DNA from: Bacillota bacterium
Lineage (GTDB): Bacteria > Bacillota > DTU025
Direction of reading: 5' to 3'
Assembly: GCA_050951805.1 (NCBI GenBank)
Contig: JBMNJT010000002.1
Location: 1,152,001-1,216,000 of the forward strand
Length of the DNA: 64,000 nt
Shown piece by piece: positions 8,988-18,906 of the stretch; the first letter of the stretch is position 1, and each line of letters opens with the position of its first letter. Position numbers and translations under genes: made by a program. The notes beneath the pieces are model-generated. The model was not told where the DNA came from. It did no database searches and saw nothing but the letters and a program-made list of their open reading frames with translations.

Positions 8988-10727
8988 TTGACGCGACCCG
9001 GCCACAAACGAATTGGCGATTATTTGCTCGAGGCGGGGGCGCTCACCGAAGACGAACTCGAAGAGGCGCTCGAGATTCAGCGGCGCACAGGGGAGCGCTT
9101 GGGCAGGGTCCTCGTGAAGTTGGGGCATGTGAGCGAGAGTTCGATTGCAACTGTGATCGAGCGGCAGCTAGGCATTCCCAGAGTGAGCCTTGCGGAGTAT
9201 GTGGTTGCTGATGACGTGATCAAGATTGTTCCCGAAAACATGGCAAGAAGGTACAAGGTTCTTGCTGTCGAAAGGGACGGCAACAAACTGACCCTTGCCA
9301 TGGCTGATCCTCTCAATGTTCTGGCGATTGACGACATAAAGCTGGCTACCGGGTTCGAAGTCAGTCCTGTAGTTGCACCTGAGGACGAAATAGTTCGCGC
9401 GCTAGATCAGTACTACGGTTCTTCTGAGGACCTGGATGAAGTAGTACGCTACCTGGAGAAATACTCTGAAGATGCCATCCGGTTTGCCAGCTACGAAGAG
9501 GAGATAGGCGTTGACCGTCTGCGCGAGCTCGTTGACGAAGCTCCCGTGGTTAGGCTGGTCAACATGATAATCGCCCAGGCTGTGGGAGAACGGGCGTCAG
9601 ATATTCATGTGGAGCCGCATGCCACAGGGGTCAGGGTCAGATACAGAGTAGACGGAATTCTCCGCGAGGTCATGGATCTTCCCAGGGGAAGCCATGCGGC
9701 GATCGCCTCGCGGTTCAAGATAATGAGCAATATGGATATAGCTGAAAGGCGCGTGCCTCAGGACGGCAGAGTTCAGCTGAAGGTGGAGGGCGAAGAGATA
9801 GACCTCAGGGTGTCGACGCTGCCCACCATCTATGGAGAGAAGGTCGTCTGCCGCGTGCTGTTCAGGCGCGGGGCCATGGTCAAACTGGAGCAACTTGGGT
9901 TTCTCCCCGACAACCTGGAGCTTTGGCATCGGGCGCTTTCTTGCCCCTATGGCATTATTCTGGTCACGGGCCCCACAGGAAGCGGGAAGACGCAGACGTT
10001 GTATGCATCGCTGAACCAGTTGAACTCGGTTGAGAAGAACATAATCACTATAGAGGATCCTGTGGAGTTCAGGCTTGACGGGATAAATCAGGTGCAGACG
10101 AATCCCAAGGCGGGCCTGACTTTTGCTTCAGGGCTCAGATCGATGCTGAGACAGGACCCCGACATCATAATGGTGGGAGAGATCCGGGATCGCGATACCG
10201 CCGAGATCGCAGTTAATGCGGCTCTCACGGGCCACCTGGTCCTCTCGACGCTCCACACAAATGACGCGCCGGGCGCAACTGTGCGTTTAGTGGATATGGG
10301 GGCTGAGCCGTTTTTGGTCGCGTCATCTTTGATATGCGTATTATCGCAAAGGCTTGTCCGCAAGGTTTGCACGCACTGTAGGGAAGACTATGTCCCCGAC
10401 GACGAGGAGTGGGGCAGGTGGGTCAGGATGACGCGTGGGCTTTCAGATGAATCCGGCTTGGGGCTCCCTCGCCGCCTTGTGCGCGGGAAAGGGTGTCGCC
10501 AGTGCGGCAACACGGGGTACCGGGGACGGACGGCAATACATGAGATCATGATGGTGACGGAGCCCATACGGGAGCTAGTGTCGGGCAACGCTTCCAGTGA
10601 CGTTGTGGCGGAAGTCGCCAGGGAGCAGGGGATGAGAAGGCTCATCGAGGATGGTGCGGACAAGGTCCGAATGGGGATTACTACTTTGGACGAGGTTATG
10701 AGGGTGGCGGCCGGGTCGGAAGTCTAG
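8988..10727 (+). CDS. pilB: Type IV pilus extension ATPase with N-terminal MshEN domain
   Basis: ASDIHVEP, PQDGR, GPTGSGKT, TIEDPVE, LRQDPDIIMVGEIRD, TGHLVLSTLHTN, and Zn motif CTHC...CRQC. Tandem RIGxxL/RLGxxL MshEN motifs at the N-terminus. Confidence 0.95.
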   Translation: MTRPGHKRIGDYLLEAGALTEDELEEALEIQRRTGERLGRVLVKLGHVSESSIATVIERQLGIPRVSLAEYVVADDVIKIVPENMARRYKVLAVERDGNKLTLAMADPLNVLAIDDIKLATGFEVSPVVAPEDEIVRALDQYYGSSEDLDEVVRYLEKYSEDAIRFASYEEEIGVDRLRELVDEAPVVRLVNMIIAQAVGERASDIHVEPHATGVRVRYRVDGILREVMDLPRGSHAAIASRFKIMSNMDIAERRVPQDGRVQLKVEGEEIDLRVSTLPTIYGEKVVCRVLFRRGAMVKLEQLGFLPDNLELWHRALSCPYGIILVTGPTGSGKTQTLYASLNQLNSVEKNIITIEDPVEFRLDGINQVQTNPKAGLTFASGLRSMLRQDPDIIMVGEIRDRDTAEIAVNAALTGHLVLSTLHTNDAPGATVRLVDMGAEPFLVASSLICVLSQRLVRKVCTHCREDYVPDDEEWGRWVRMTRGLSDESGLGLPRRLVRGKGCRQCGNTGYRGRTAIHEIMMVTEPIRELVSGNASSDVVAEVAREQGMRRLIEDGADKVRMGITTLDEVMRVAAGSEV

Positions 10728-10781
10728 GCGATTCCATCTGTACATATGGGGCTTTTGCTTTTCGGGAGAGTGATATCATAG

Positions 10782-11873
10782 GTGACTGATAGCTTGAAGA
10801 TAGACGGATTGCTTATGGAGGCGGTAAATCTCGGGGCTTCAGACCTTCACCTCACTACAGGGCTTCCTCCAATGGTGAGGGTGAGCGGAGCTTTGAAAGC
10901 CCTGGAAGGGCATCTTCCACTCAAACCGGCTGATACTCGCGAAATGATGTACAGCATCATGAAGCCGGACATTCGGGAGAGGTATGAGGCGGCGGGAGAG
11001 GTCGACTTCTCCCACGGTATGCCGGGGGTTGCCAGGTTCAGGGTGAACGCTTATACGCAGCGTGGCTCTGTGGGGGCAGCGTTCAGGGTCATTCCAACAA
11101 GGATCAGGTCCTTGGAGGAACTTGGCCTTCCGCCTGTGGTGAAGACGTTTGCCGACAAGACCAGGGGGATGGTGCTGGTTACCGGTCCCACGGGAAGCGG
11201 AAAGTCGACGACCCTGGCCTCTCTCATTGACATAATCAATTCGGAGCGGGCGTGCCACGTGATCACCTTGGAGGACCCCATAGAGTACCTTCACAAGCAC
11301 CGAAAGAGCATGATCAACCAGAGGGAAGTGGGGACGGACACCAAGTCTTTTGCGGCGGCGCTCAGGGCTGCCCTCAGGGAGGATCCTGATGTTATCCTCG
11401 TGGGGGAGATGCGGGATCTGGAAACGACTTCTATCGCTCTCACAGCGGCTGAAACAGGGCACCTTGTATTTGCCACGCTGCACACAAACGACACGGTGCA
11501 GACTGTGGACAGGATCATTGACCAGTACCCTCCCCACCAGCAGCAGCAGGTGAGGGTTCAGCTTGCGGCGGTACTGCAGGGAGTGGTATCCCAGATTCTG
11601 CTGCCCCGGGCTGATGGCCAGGGAAGGATCGTGGCGGTGGAGGTTCTAGTGGCGAACCCCGCTGTGCGCAACCTTATTCGCGAGGGGAAGACCCATCAGA
11701 TTTATTCAGTGCTTCAGACAGGCGCAAAACAAGGGATGATAAGCCTCGACATGTACCTCGTAGATATGGCGAAACGTGGGATCATTACGTACGATGATGC
11801 GCTGAGCCATGCGACGAACCCTGATGAGATGAGGCGGCTCGGTCAATTCGCTCAGCCGACGATGAGGCTGTAG
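10782..11873 (+). CDS. pilT: Type IV pilus retraction ATPase
   Basis: ASDLHL, GPTGSGKSTTL, EDPIEY, ALREDPDVILVGEMRD, AVRNLIRE. Confidence 0.96.
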   Translation: MTDSLKIDGLLMEAVNLGASDLHLTTGLPPMVRVSGALKALEGHLPLKPADTREMMYSIMKPDIRERYEAAGEVDFSHGMPGVARFRVNAYTQRGSVGAAFRVIPTRIRSLEELGLPPVVKTFADKTRGMVLVTGPTGSGKSTTLASLIDIINSERACHVITLEDPIEYLHKHRKSMINQREVGTDTKSFAAALRAALREDPDVILVGEMRDLETTSIALTAAETGHLVFATLHTNDTVQTVDRIIDQYPPHQQQQVRVQLAAVLQGVVSQILLPRADGQGRIVAVEVLVANPAVRNLIREGKTHQIYSVLQTGAKQGMISLDMYLVDMAKRGIITYDDALSHATNPDEMRRLGQFAQPTMRL

Positions 11874-11891
11874 ACGGGGGGGTGAGGGGAA

Positions 11892-13127
11892 GTGGCAAGT
11901 CTCTCTTGGTCGTATCGTGGGCGCGACACGAGCGGCCGGGTGGTTGAGGGCGTTATGGAGGCGGAAAACGCCGAAGTAGTTGCCGAACGCCTTCGGTCGC
12001 AGGGCTACATTCCTGTGATGATAACTCAGGCGAGGCGATCGGTGTTTGCAGGGGATGCGACGACTGCTTCAGATAGGAAGGCCCAGGCTGCGACGAGCCT
12101 CGACACGATGCAGCTTTCGTTGATTTCGCGTCAGATGGCCACTATGGTGGCTGCCGGGATTCCTCTGGTCCAAACATTGGCCATCCTCTCACAACAGATC
12201 GAGGATCCACGCATCGCCGAGCTCATCAGCGAAGTGAGGCGGAGCGTTGAGTCGGGTGAGACTTTTGCGGCGTCTTTAGCCAAACACCCAGGATGCTTCC
12301 CACCGCTCTTTGCGCACATGGTGGAGGCGGGGGAAGCGTCGGGAACTTTGGACATAGTGATGAGCCGCGTGGCCAACTACTACGAGCAACAAGTGAAGAT
12401 CCGAAGCCAGATAAAGAATGCGTTGGTTTATCCGATAATACTTGTAGCAGTGGCTTTTGTGGTAATCATGATTCTTATGGCGTTCGTGTTGCCCACGTTC
12501 ATCGACATGTTCGAGGGGTTCGACATGGAGCTGCCGTGGGTTACCAGGGTCGTATTCGGGTATGGGCAGAGCGTGCAACGCGCGTGGTACCTCCATTTTG
12601 GAATCCCGACTGTTGTGATTTTCTGGTTTGTGAGCTATGTGAAGGGGTCGGGGAAAAGCTGGTGGGATCATACGGTGCTGAGGCTGAAGGTGTCTGGCCC
12701 GATAGTCAGAAAGAGTCAGACGGCCCAGTTTGCGCGGACTTTTGCCATGCTCACCCAGAGCGGTGTGCCTATGTTGCAATCTCTTGACATTCTTGAAAGA
12801 TTGTCAGATAATGCCGTAGTCAGGGAGACAGTGGAAGCATCGAAGGTCTCCGTCCGCGATGGTGCCGGACTTGCCAGACCTCTCAGACAATCGCAAATAT
12901 TCCCACCGATGCTTGCACACATGGTCGCAGTTGGCGAGGAGACCGGAGACCTCGATGGAATGCTCAACAAGACAGCCGACTTCTTCGAACAGGAAGTTGA
13001 GTACGAGATCCAACGAGTCACGACTGCAATAGAGCCCGTCATGACTCTGATAATCGGGTTCTTCGTGGCGCTCATCGTGGCATCGGTGATGATTCCCATG
13101 TTCAGCATGGCGAGCTTTGGGATTTAG
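11892..13127 (+). CDS. pilC: Type IV pilus platform protein (GspF family)
   Basis: Two T2SSF domains, AGEASGTLD and VGEETGDLD, with TM segments. Confidence 0.95.
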   Translation: MASLSWSYRGRDTSGRVVEGVMEAENAEVVAERLRSQGYIPVMITQARRSVFAGDATTASDRKAQAATSLDTMQLSLISRQMATMVAAGIPLVQTLAILSQQIEDPRIAELISEVRRSVESGETFAASLAKHPGCFPPLFAHMVEAGEASGTLDIVMSRVANYYEQQVKIRSQIKNALVYPIILVAVAFVVIMILMAFVLPTFIDMFEGFDMELPWVTRVVFGYGQSVQRAWYLHFGIPTVVIFWFVSYVKGSGKSWWDHTVLRLKVSGPIVRKSQTAQFARTFAMLTQSGVPMLQSLDILERLSDNAVVRETVEASKVSVRDGAGLARPLRQSQIFPPMLAHMVAVGEETGDLDGMLNKTADFFEQEVEYEIQRVTTAIEPVMTLIIGFFVALIVASVMIPMFSMASFGI

Positions 13128-13368
13128 GGTTGGTTGTGGGATGTACCTGGTGATGTGATGGACTTTCCAGGGCGGATTTGGCTCAGTTGGGGCTGCGGGG
13201 CAGGTTGCTCCCGCGGGGCTGGATCGTTCTGAGACCATGAGGCCATAAAGATAGCAGCTTGATGTATTCACGTACATGTCTCGCTCGGATATCTGAGACG
13301 AACAGGGAGGGTTCGAGTGGCTTCAAAGATTATCAGAGGGTTACAGAATTGAAGGGAGGATCATATTA

Positions 13369-13773
13369 ATGAAGAGGGATCAACGCGGTTTTACACTGAT
13401 GGAACTGATGATCGTTATCGTGATCATCGGTGTGTTGGCGGCGATTGGAGTGCCGGCGTACAAGAACTACGTCACCAAGGCCAAAACGGCAGCTTGTGAG
13501 TCAAACCGGCGTACCATAGCTACTGCGCTTGGTATGTACTATGCGGAGGAAGGCGAGTATCCTATCAGTCTTGGCGACTCCAAGTTGGCTGAGTATGTAT
13601 CCAATATTGCGGAGATCTCGAAGTGTCCAGCCAACAAAGATATATCATATGAGCTTGAGGTTTCAGGCGATGAGGTGAGCGGGTGGAATGTAGCCATCAC
13701 TTGTGGCGAAGAAGGGCATGAACCCTTCATAGTATCAGGCACATATGGGACTGATGTTACTAGTGCTCCATAA
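13369..13773 (+). CDS. pilA: Type IVa pilin 1
   Basis: Class III signal QRG|FTLMELMIV, a hydrophobic helix and GVPAY. GAAGGGAGG RBS. Confidence 0.93.
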   Translation: MKRDQRGFTLMELMIVIVIIGVLAAIGVPAYKNYVTKAKTAACESNRRTIATALGMYYAEEGEYPISLGDSKLAEYVSNIAEISKCPANKDISYELEVSGDEVSGWNVAITCGEEGHEPFIVSGTYGTDVTSAP

Positions 13774-13836
13774 TGAGAGTCGTCTGACTCGGGGCACCTA
13801 TCGTCTAGTCTAGTCGGTGCATTTGTGCTCAATCAC

Positions 13837-13870
13837 GGCCTTGCCGCTCTCAACAGAGCGCGGCAAGGCC
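13837..13870. terminator. Strong hairpin downstream of pilin 1
   Basis: GGCCTTGCCGC...GCGGCAAGGCC forms a perfect 11-bp inverted repeat. There is no clear U-tract, so a terminator role is uncertain. Confidence 0.45.
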
Positions 13871-13874
13871 AGTC

Positions 13875-14261
13875 GTGAGCGGTTCGGCGACGGATCTCAA
13901 GCCTCACAGTATGCGACTTGGGTCTGTTGCCATGGAACTTGTGCAGTTCGTGCAGTTCAATGCACTAGTAGTGCTCCTGTCCTCCATGGCAGGGGTGCTT
14001 AGCTTTGGTCTGAGCTTGGTAGCTTCTTTCATACTGATTTGTTTAGCCGTTCCGATTGCGCCGGTGCGGTCTCACGTAGCGGTTGTAGCTGCCGTTGGCC
14101 GTCGATGTGTAGGGTGCTTCCCCTTGATCTTTGTTTTTCTACCCATCATCTTTACGGAGATGCCTCAACACTGGCCTTGTACATACTTGCGTCACTTTTC
14201 GCGGCAACGCTATCGGTGTTACTTAGTCATTAATGGTTTCGACTATCTCTCAATGTCATGA
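13875..14261 (+). pseudogene. Possible degraded membrane-protein gene between the two pilins
   Basis: Hydrophobic stretches run in two + frames (13875-14261 and 14039-14233). No RBS and no family recognised. Confidence 0.25.
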
Positions 14262-14614
14262 TACGGTTCTTTGGATCATGTAGGAGCACTGAGGATGCTG
14301 CCCATGTCGAGAATGGCGGGCTTTGCGATGTAGTCTAGGAGATAATGGAGGAGAGGTCCAACAATATTGGCGATGGTGAGAGCTCACGTCCTTAGGGAGC
14401 GGTTCAGGTCGAAATGAGGTTTGAGGGCAACATGTTATTCTCACGCGGTTCGGTGTCCCCGATGGCTGCAAAGTCTGCAGCTAGATACGGTTGCCGCACA
14501 TTGTGCTGGTAGAGCATCCGAGTTGTGCAGAGTCGATGAGTGTCGATGAGCTTGGAGTTCCAGCTGTTCAGAGTCTTGATATGAGGGTACGAAGTTGAAG
14601 GGAGGATCTTGCCA

Positions 14615-15016
14615 GTGAGAAATGATCAACGCGGTTTTACATTGATGGAACTGATGATCGTGGTCGTGATCATCGGGGTGTTATCGGCGATTGGGGTGCC
14701 GGCGTATAAGAACTACGTAATTCAGGCCAAAGAGTCCGCCTGTGATGCAAACAGGCGGACTATTGCAACTGCGCTTGGCATGTATTATGCGGAGACTGGC
14801 AAATACCCATCTGAGGAAGATGGCTTTGCCGCCTTGTCCCCGTATGTATCGAATATCGAGGCTATAGCCAAGTGTCCAGCTGATAAGTCGGACTATACCC
14901 TTTCTTCTTCAGGCAGTGAGGAAGTCGGATGGCTTGTGACCATCAACTGCAAGGAACACGGGAAGTTTACAGTAGCAGGAAAACTGTCGGAGGTTGAACT
15001 ACCCAACCAACCCTAG
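14615..15016 (+). CDS. pilA: Type IVa pilin 2 (paralogue of pilin 1)
   Basis: QRG|FTLMELMIV. Shares the leader TTGAAGGGAGGATC and near-identical 5' coding DNA with pilin 1. The GTG start lies 9 nt from GGAGG. Confidence 0.93.
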   Translation: MRNDQRGFTLMELMIVVVIIGVLSAIGVPAYKNYVIQAKESACDANRRTIATALGMYYAETGKYPSEEDGFAALSPYVSNIEAIAKCPADKSDYTLSSSGSEEVGWLVTINCKEHGKFTVAGKLSEVELPNQP

Positions 15017-15191
15017 ACATTACAGGGTACCCACTCTAGTGTGGTTGCTTGAGTCGTCATGTTTGGCATGAACACTCGGCCTGTAGAACCATGCGACTAT
15101 CGGCAGCTAGAACTTCACAGGCGATTGGTGAACCATTTCATCGAGTTGCTTTAGCGTATTCTACGACTATCACCGCAGAGGGTGCTTTCGT

Positions 15192-15944
15192 TTGCCGTAT
15201 GCAATCCCGCTAGTCTCATTCATACTCGGCCTGGTGATCGGCAGCTTTCTCAATGTCTGCATCTGCCGTCTGCCGTATGGGGGCTCCATTGTGAGCCCGG
15301 GTTCGGCGTGTCCGAATTGCGGCAGGCCCCTTGCCCCGCGTGACCTGGTCCCGGTAGCAAGCTACGTGGCGCTTGGAGGCAAGTGCAGATACTGCGGGGA
15401 GCCGATCTCGATCCAGTACCCCATCGTGGAGCTTGCGACGGGGTTGCTTTATGCTGCAATCGTATGGACCTATGGCCTCACATTCGAAAGCCTCTCACTC
15501 CTCATCTTCGTCTCCCTGATCATCATCTGTGCCGGGACTGATTTCAATACCGGTCTCATACTCAATTCCGTCACGTTTCCCGGCGTTGCCATTGGAGTTG
15601 CCATGTCATTCGTGGTTCCAAGCATGACACCTTTGGAGTCCCTGCTGGGCCTGCTGGTCTCAGGAGGCGTCGTCTGGATCATGTACGCCGCCACCCGGGG
15701 CCGCGGAATGGGCGGGGGAGACGTCAAGTTCATGGCGATGGTTGGGGCCTTCTTAGGCTGGGACAGGGGCCTGTTGACACTTTTCCTCGGGGCACTGATC
15801 GGCTCGATGGTGGGGATAGCCCGGATCGTCTCCGGGAAGCAGGAGAGGCGCGATCCCATTCCATTCGGACCGTTCTTGTCCATAGGGGCTATCATTTCTG
15901 TCTTCTTCGGCGCGAAGATGCTTGGGTTTCTCCATCTATGGTAG
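15192..15944 (+). CDS. pilD: Prepilin peptidase/methyltransferase
   Basis: GSFLNVCICRLP, SACPNC, GKCRYC, GMGGGDVK, IPFGPFL. Confidence 0.96.
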   Translation: MPYAIPLVSFILGLVIGSFLNVCICRLPYGGSIVSPGSACPNCGRPLAPRDLVPVASYVALGGKCRYCGEPISIQYPIVELATGLLYAAIVWTYGLTFESLSLLIFVSLIIICAGTDFNTGLILNSVTFPGVAIGVAMSFVVPSMTPLESLLGLLVSGGVVWIMYAATRGRGMGGGDVKFMAMVGAFLGWDRGLLTLFLGALIGSMVGIARIVSGKQERRDPIPFGPFLSIGAIISVFFGAKMLGFLHLW

Positions 15945-15967
15945 GAGTTTTCAGGTTATAGTCGAAA
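15943..15967 (+). promoter_or_regulatory. Putative sigma-H promoter upstream of pilM
   Basis: AGGAG-N13-GTCGAAA. Confidence 0.4.
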
Positions 15968-16009
15968 GATATCTCGATACAGAGTTTCAGAAGAGGGGGG
16001 TGTGTATGA

Positions 16010-17137
16010 GTGCCGTTGCGCCTCTTTTCCAGACAGAGCAGGAGTATGATCGGAGTAGATATCGGCACCAGCCGCGTCAAGGTTGTGGAACTTGTGGGCC
16101 GCGGCGAGGGTGTTGAACTAACCCGCGCCGCCATCGAGCTTGCGCCGCCCGGGGCCATCCGGGACGGCCAGATAGTCTCGCCTGAACTGGTGGCAGAGGT
16201 TATCCAGCGGGGCTTTGCTAAGGGTCGGATTAAGCCTGGCGAAGTAGTCGCTGCAATAGCTGGTCGGGGAGTAGTCGTAAGGCATGTGAAGTTTCCTAGG
16301 ATGCCCGAAGAGGAACTGAGAGAGGCGATCAAGTGGGAAGGCCAACAGCACATCCCCATGCCCATTGAGGAGGCCGTAGTCGATTTCGAGATCATAGACG
16401 ACTACTCGGGTTCTGATGAGGCCGAGATGGAAGTGATGCTTGTTGCGGCCCCGCGGAAGCTGGTGGAATCGCATGTACAAGCTATCGAGCTGGCTGGACT
16501 TACACCCATTGCCATAGATGTTCAGCCATTTGCTGTCCTCAGGGCTTTAAGATATGAGCCTGGGGATAAGACGCTCCATCCCAATGGTCGGTCAGCAACG
16601 GCATATGTCGACATCGGCGCCGGCACTACCGATATACTCATCGCCCAAGGCGAAAGACTCAGGTTCACGAGAATCGTCCCCTTAGGCGGCAACACCTTCA
16701 CCAACGCTATCGCTGAGACGTTGGGAGTTAGCTTCGAGGAAGCAGAGGCAATAAAGATTGCAAAGGGAAGGGTTTGTGTCGACGGTTGCGGCGAACCTTG
16801 TGCAGACAGGGAGGAACAGGACATCTCGGATGCAATTGCGAATGTCGCCGCAGACGTTGCTATGGATATAAGACGTTCCCTCGACTACCACGACCTGCAA
16901 CTTGAGGGAAGAAGCCAGGATGCCGGAGTGACTAGGGTAGTTCTCACAGGTGGTGCATCAGTAATGGAAGGCCTTGACTGCTACCTCGAGAGCGAGCTGG
17001 GTCTTGCGACTGTGATGGGCGACCCACTGAAGAGCATCCTTGTAAACCAGAGGCTAGCCAACAAGGAGGAACTGTCGAGACTTGGCCCCATGTTCGCTGT
17101 GGGTATAGGCCTTGCCCTTCGGGAGGTGGTTGACTGA
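16010..17137 (+). CDS. pilM: Type IV pilus assembly protein PilM
   Basis: IGVDIGTSRVKVV, VDIGAGTT, VLTGGAS, AVGIGLALR (actin-like fold). Confidence 0.95.
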   Translation: MPLRLFSRQSRSMIGVDIGTSRVKVVELVGRGEGVELTRAAIELAPPGAIRDGQIVSPELVAEVIQRGFAKGRIKPGEVVAAIAGRGVVVRHVKFPRMPEEELREAIKWEGQQHIPMPIEEAVVDFEIIDDYSGSDEAEMEVMLVAAPRKLVESHVQAIELAGLTPIAIDVQPFAVLRALRYEPGDKTLHPNGRSATAYVDIGAGTTDILIAQGERLRFTRIVPLGGNTFTNAIAETLGVSFEEAEAIKIAKGRVCVDGCGEPCADREEQDISDAIANVAADVAMDIRRSLDYHDLQLEGRSQDAGVTRVVLTGGASVMEGLDCYLESELGLATVMGDPLKSILVNQRLANKEELSRLGPMFAVGIGLALREVVD

Positions 17138-17682
17138 TGTCAAAGATCAACCTGCTTCCGCAGCGGGAACCGGAAGAATCCGGGATAAGCCCGGCCAAGC
17201 TCGGACTGATAATCGTCCTTGAGATTGCCATAGTGGGCGCTTCAGCGCTCTATGCCTACAGGCACTTCTTCATACAGCAATTGGAGGAGGATATCGATAG
17301 GATAGAGGCCCAAATTGGAGCGATTCGGGCAGATGTCGAGGCCGTGGAAAAGGTGCAACGGCGAACTGCCGATATCAGGAAACGAATAGATGAAGCTGAA
17401 GCTATCAGCGCTGAGGGCCTCGCATCGGGCCGTGTTATGAGAGAAGTTCGGGACATCATTCCCAGGGACATCTGGCTTTCGTCTCTTTCAATCAACCCCG
17501 ATGGCGGAGTGAGCCTTGCAGGAGACACCTTCTCCATAGAATCAGTGGCCCGCTTTGCACTGGCTATCGAGGATTCGCCCATGTTCGGCGAGGCTCATGT
17601 GGGGTCTGTAAGCTTAGCAGCTGAGGGAGATTACGAGGTGTACGACTTCAACATCGACTGCATGCTTGATGCTCGGAGGTGA
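17137..17682 (+). CDS. pilN: PilN
   Basis: INLLP motif, a TM segment, a coiled coil and IPRDIWLSSL. Confidence 0.92.
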   Translation: MSKINLLPQREPEESGISPAKLGLIIVLEIAIVGASALYAYRHFFIQQLEEDIDRIEAQIGAIRADVEAVEKVQRRTADIRKRIDEAEAISAEGLASGRVMREVRDIIPRDIWLSSLSINPDGGVSLAGDTFSIESVARFALAIEDSPMFGEAHVGSVSLAAEGDYEVYDFNIDCMLDARR

Positions 17683-18308
17683 CAGGCATGTCTCTTTCGA
17701 CGGAAGTCAACCCCAAGCAGGCCAAGACATTTATCGTGCTGATTATATTGGCTGCGGCGGGCCTCCTTTATATGTACGTGTTCGCCCCCCAAGCGCGAAA
17801 ACTGGCGGACGCCAGAACGCGTCTTGACGAGGCCAACTCCGTGCTGACAGTAGACTTGGCCAAGATTCGAGGCGCCGGGAGGTCCGAAGAAGAACTTGAA
17901 CTTGCCATGGCCCAACTGGAGAACTTTGAGCGCCTTATTCCCCGAGAAGACAGAATACACTACGTCCTCCGCGATATGGAGTCAGTCGCCCTGTCCAACC
18001 ATGTTGCCATTGACAGCCTCACCATCGCCTCCGGCATGCCGCGGGGGCAGTACGTCGAGATACCAATGACCTTGAACGTTTCCGGAACATACAACAACAT
18101 AATCGGCTTTCTGGACGGAATTGCAGACATTGAGCGGGTCATGAATGTGCACAGCCTTTCTTTTGGAGGGGGGCGAGAACTCTGGCGTGAAGGCGGTGGA
18201 ACCCAGGATCGAGCGGTCCGTTCGCCAGATGCTTATATATCTTCAACAATTCAGGTAACGACATACGCCAGGCCGAGGGGTGATGATCAGGTTGGCGCTG
18301 GATCTTAG
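17679..18308 (+). CDS. pilO: PilO
   Basis: TM segment and coiled coil, YVEIPMTLNVSGTYNNIIGFL..I..IERVMNV. Located after pilN. Confidence 0.9.
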   Translation: MTGMSLSTEVNPKQAKTFIVLIILAAAGLLYMYVFAPQARKLADARTRLDEANSVLTVDLAKIRGAGRSEEELELAMAQLENFERLIPREDRIHYVLRDMESVALSNHVAIDSLTIASGMPRGQYVEIPMTLNVSGTYNNIIGFLDGIADIERVMNVHSLSFGGGRELWREGGGTQDRAVRSPDAYISSTIQVTTYARPRGDDQVGAGS

Positions 18309-18906
18309 CAGAGAATCCCGGAACGAGTGGCCGTCTCCAGACGGCGAAACCGAAGCTAGAAAGAGGAAATACAGATGGACCGCCCTCATAGTTGCGCTGT
18401 TGCTCGTCGCGTCATTTTCCGGCTACATGTGGTTCCTGAAGAATCGAAAGCCGGATCGGTATCCTGGTGGGTCTGACGTGGTTGCCGGAGGGCGTGTTGC
18501 CGCTAGGCTCTCGGCTCTGCTCGACCAGAGCCACGAGTATGGTTGGTCCAGAGTGGAAGAGGAGCTTTCGCCGGTGGGGCATGGTCGTTGGGACCCGTTC
18601 AAGACTTTGCTTCCCGATCCGGTGCAGATAGTCCCCGTGGAACCGAGGACGCCGATTCCAGCTTTGCCGGAGCCCGAAGATTCAGCCCCTTGTGAACCGG
18701 CTTTGCCCAAGGTTCGGCTGACCGGAGTCTTAAAGTCGGGCGATAGGGCGATTGCATTGCTTTTAGTGGACGGGAGAAGCGTGATAACGCGCGTCGGAGA
18801 CGCGCCCTTCGATGGCGCAGAGGTCCGCTCTATCGACGACAAGTCCATAACGATTTCGTTTGGCGGGACTGATTTCACTTACCAACTGGGAGGTGAGCGG
18901 AGATGA
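18280..18906 (+). CDS. PilP/GspC-like membrane-anchored alignment protein
   Basis: N-terminal TM, GRWDPF motif, Pro-rich linker, and C-terminal VRLTGVL...AIALL...VGD...V..I beta domain. Sits between pilO and pilQ. Confidence 0.7.
   Translation: MMIRLALDLSRESRNEWPSPDGETEARKRKYRWTALIVALLLVASFSGYMWFLKNRKPDRYPGGSDVVAGGRVAARLSALLDQSHEYGWSRVEEELSPVGHGRWDPFKTLLPDPVQIVPVEPRTPIPALPEPEDSAPCEPALPKVRLTGVLKSGDRAIALLLVDGRSVITRVGDAPFDGAEVRSIDDKSITISFGGTDFTYQLGGERR

Noticed and set aside
13128-13368. Possible c-di-GMP riboswitch upstream of pilin 1
   Set aside because: No GEMM or class II consensus was recognisable by eye, only a small GC hairpin.
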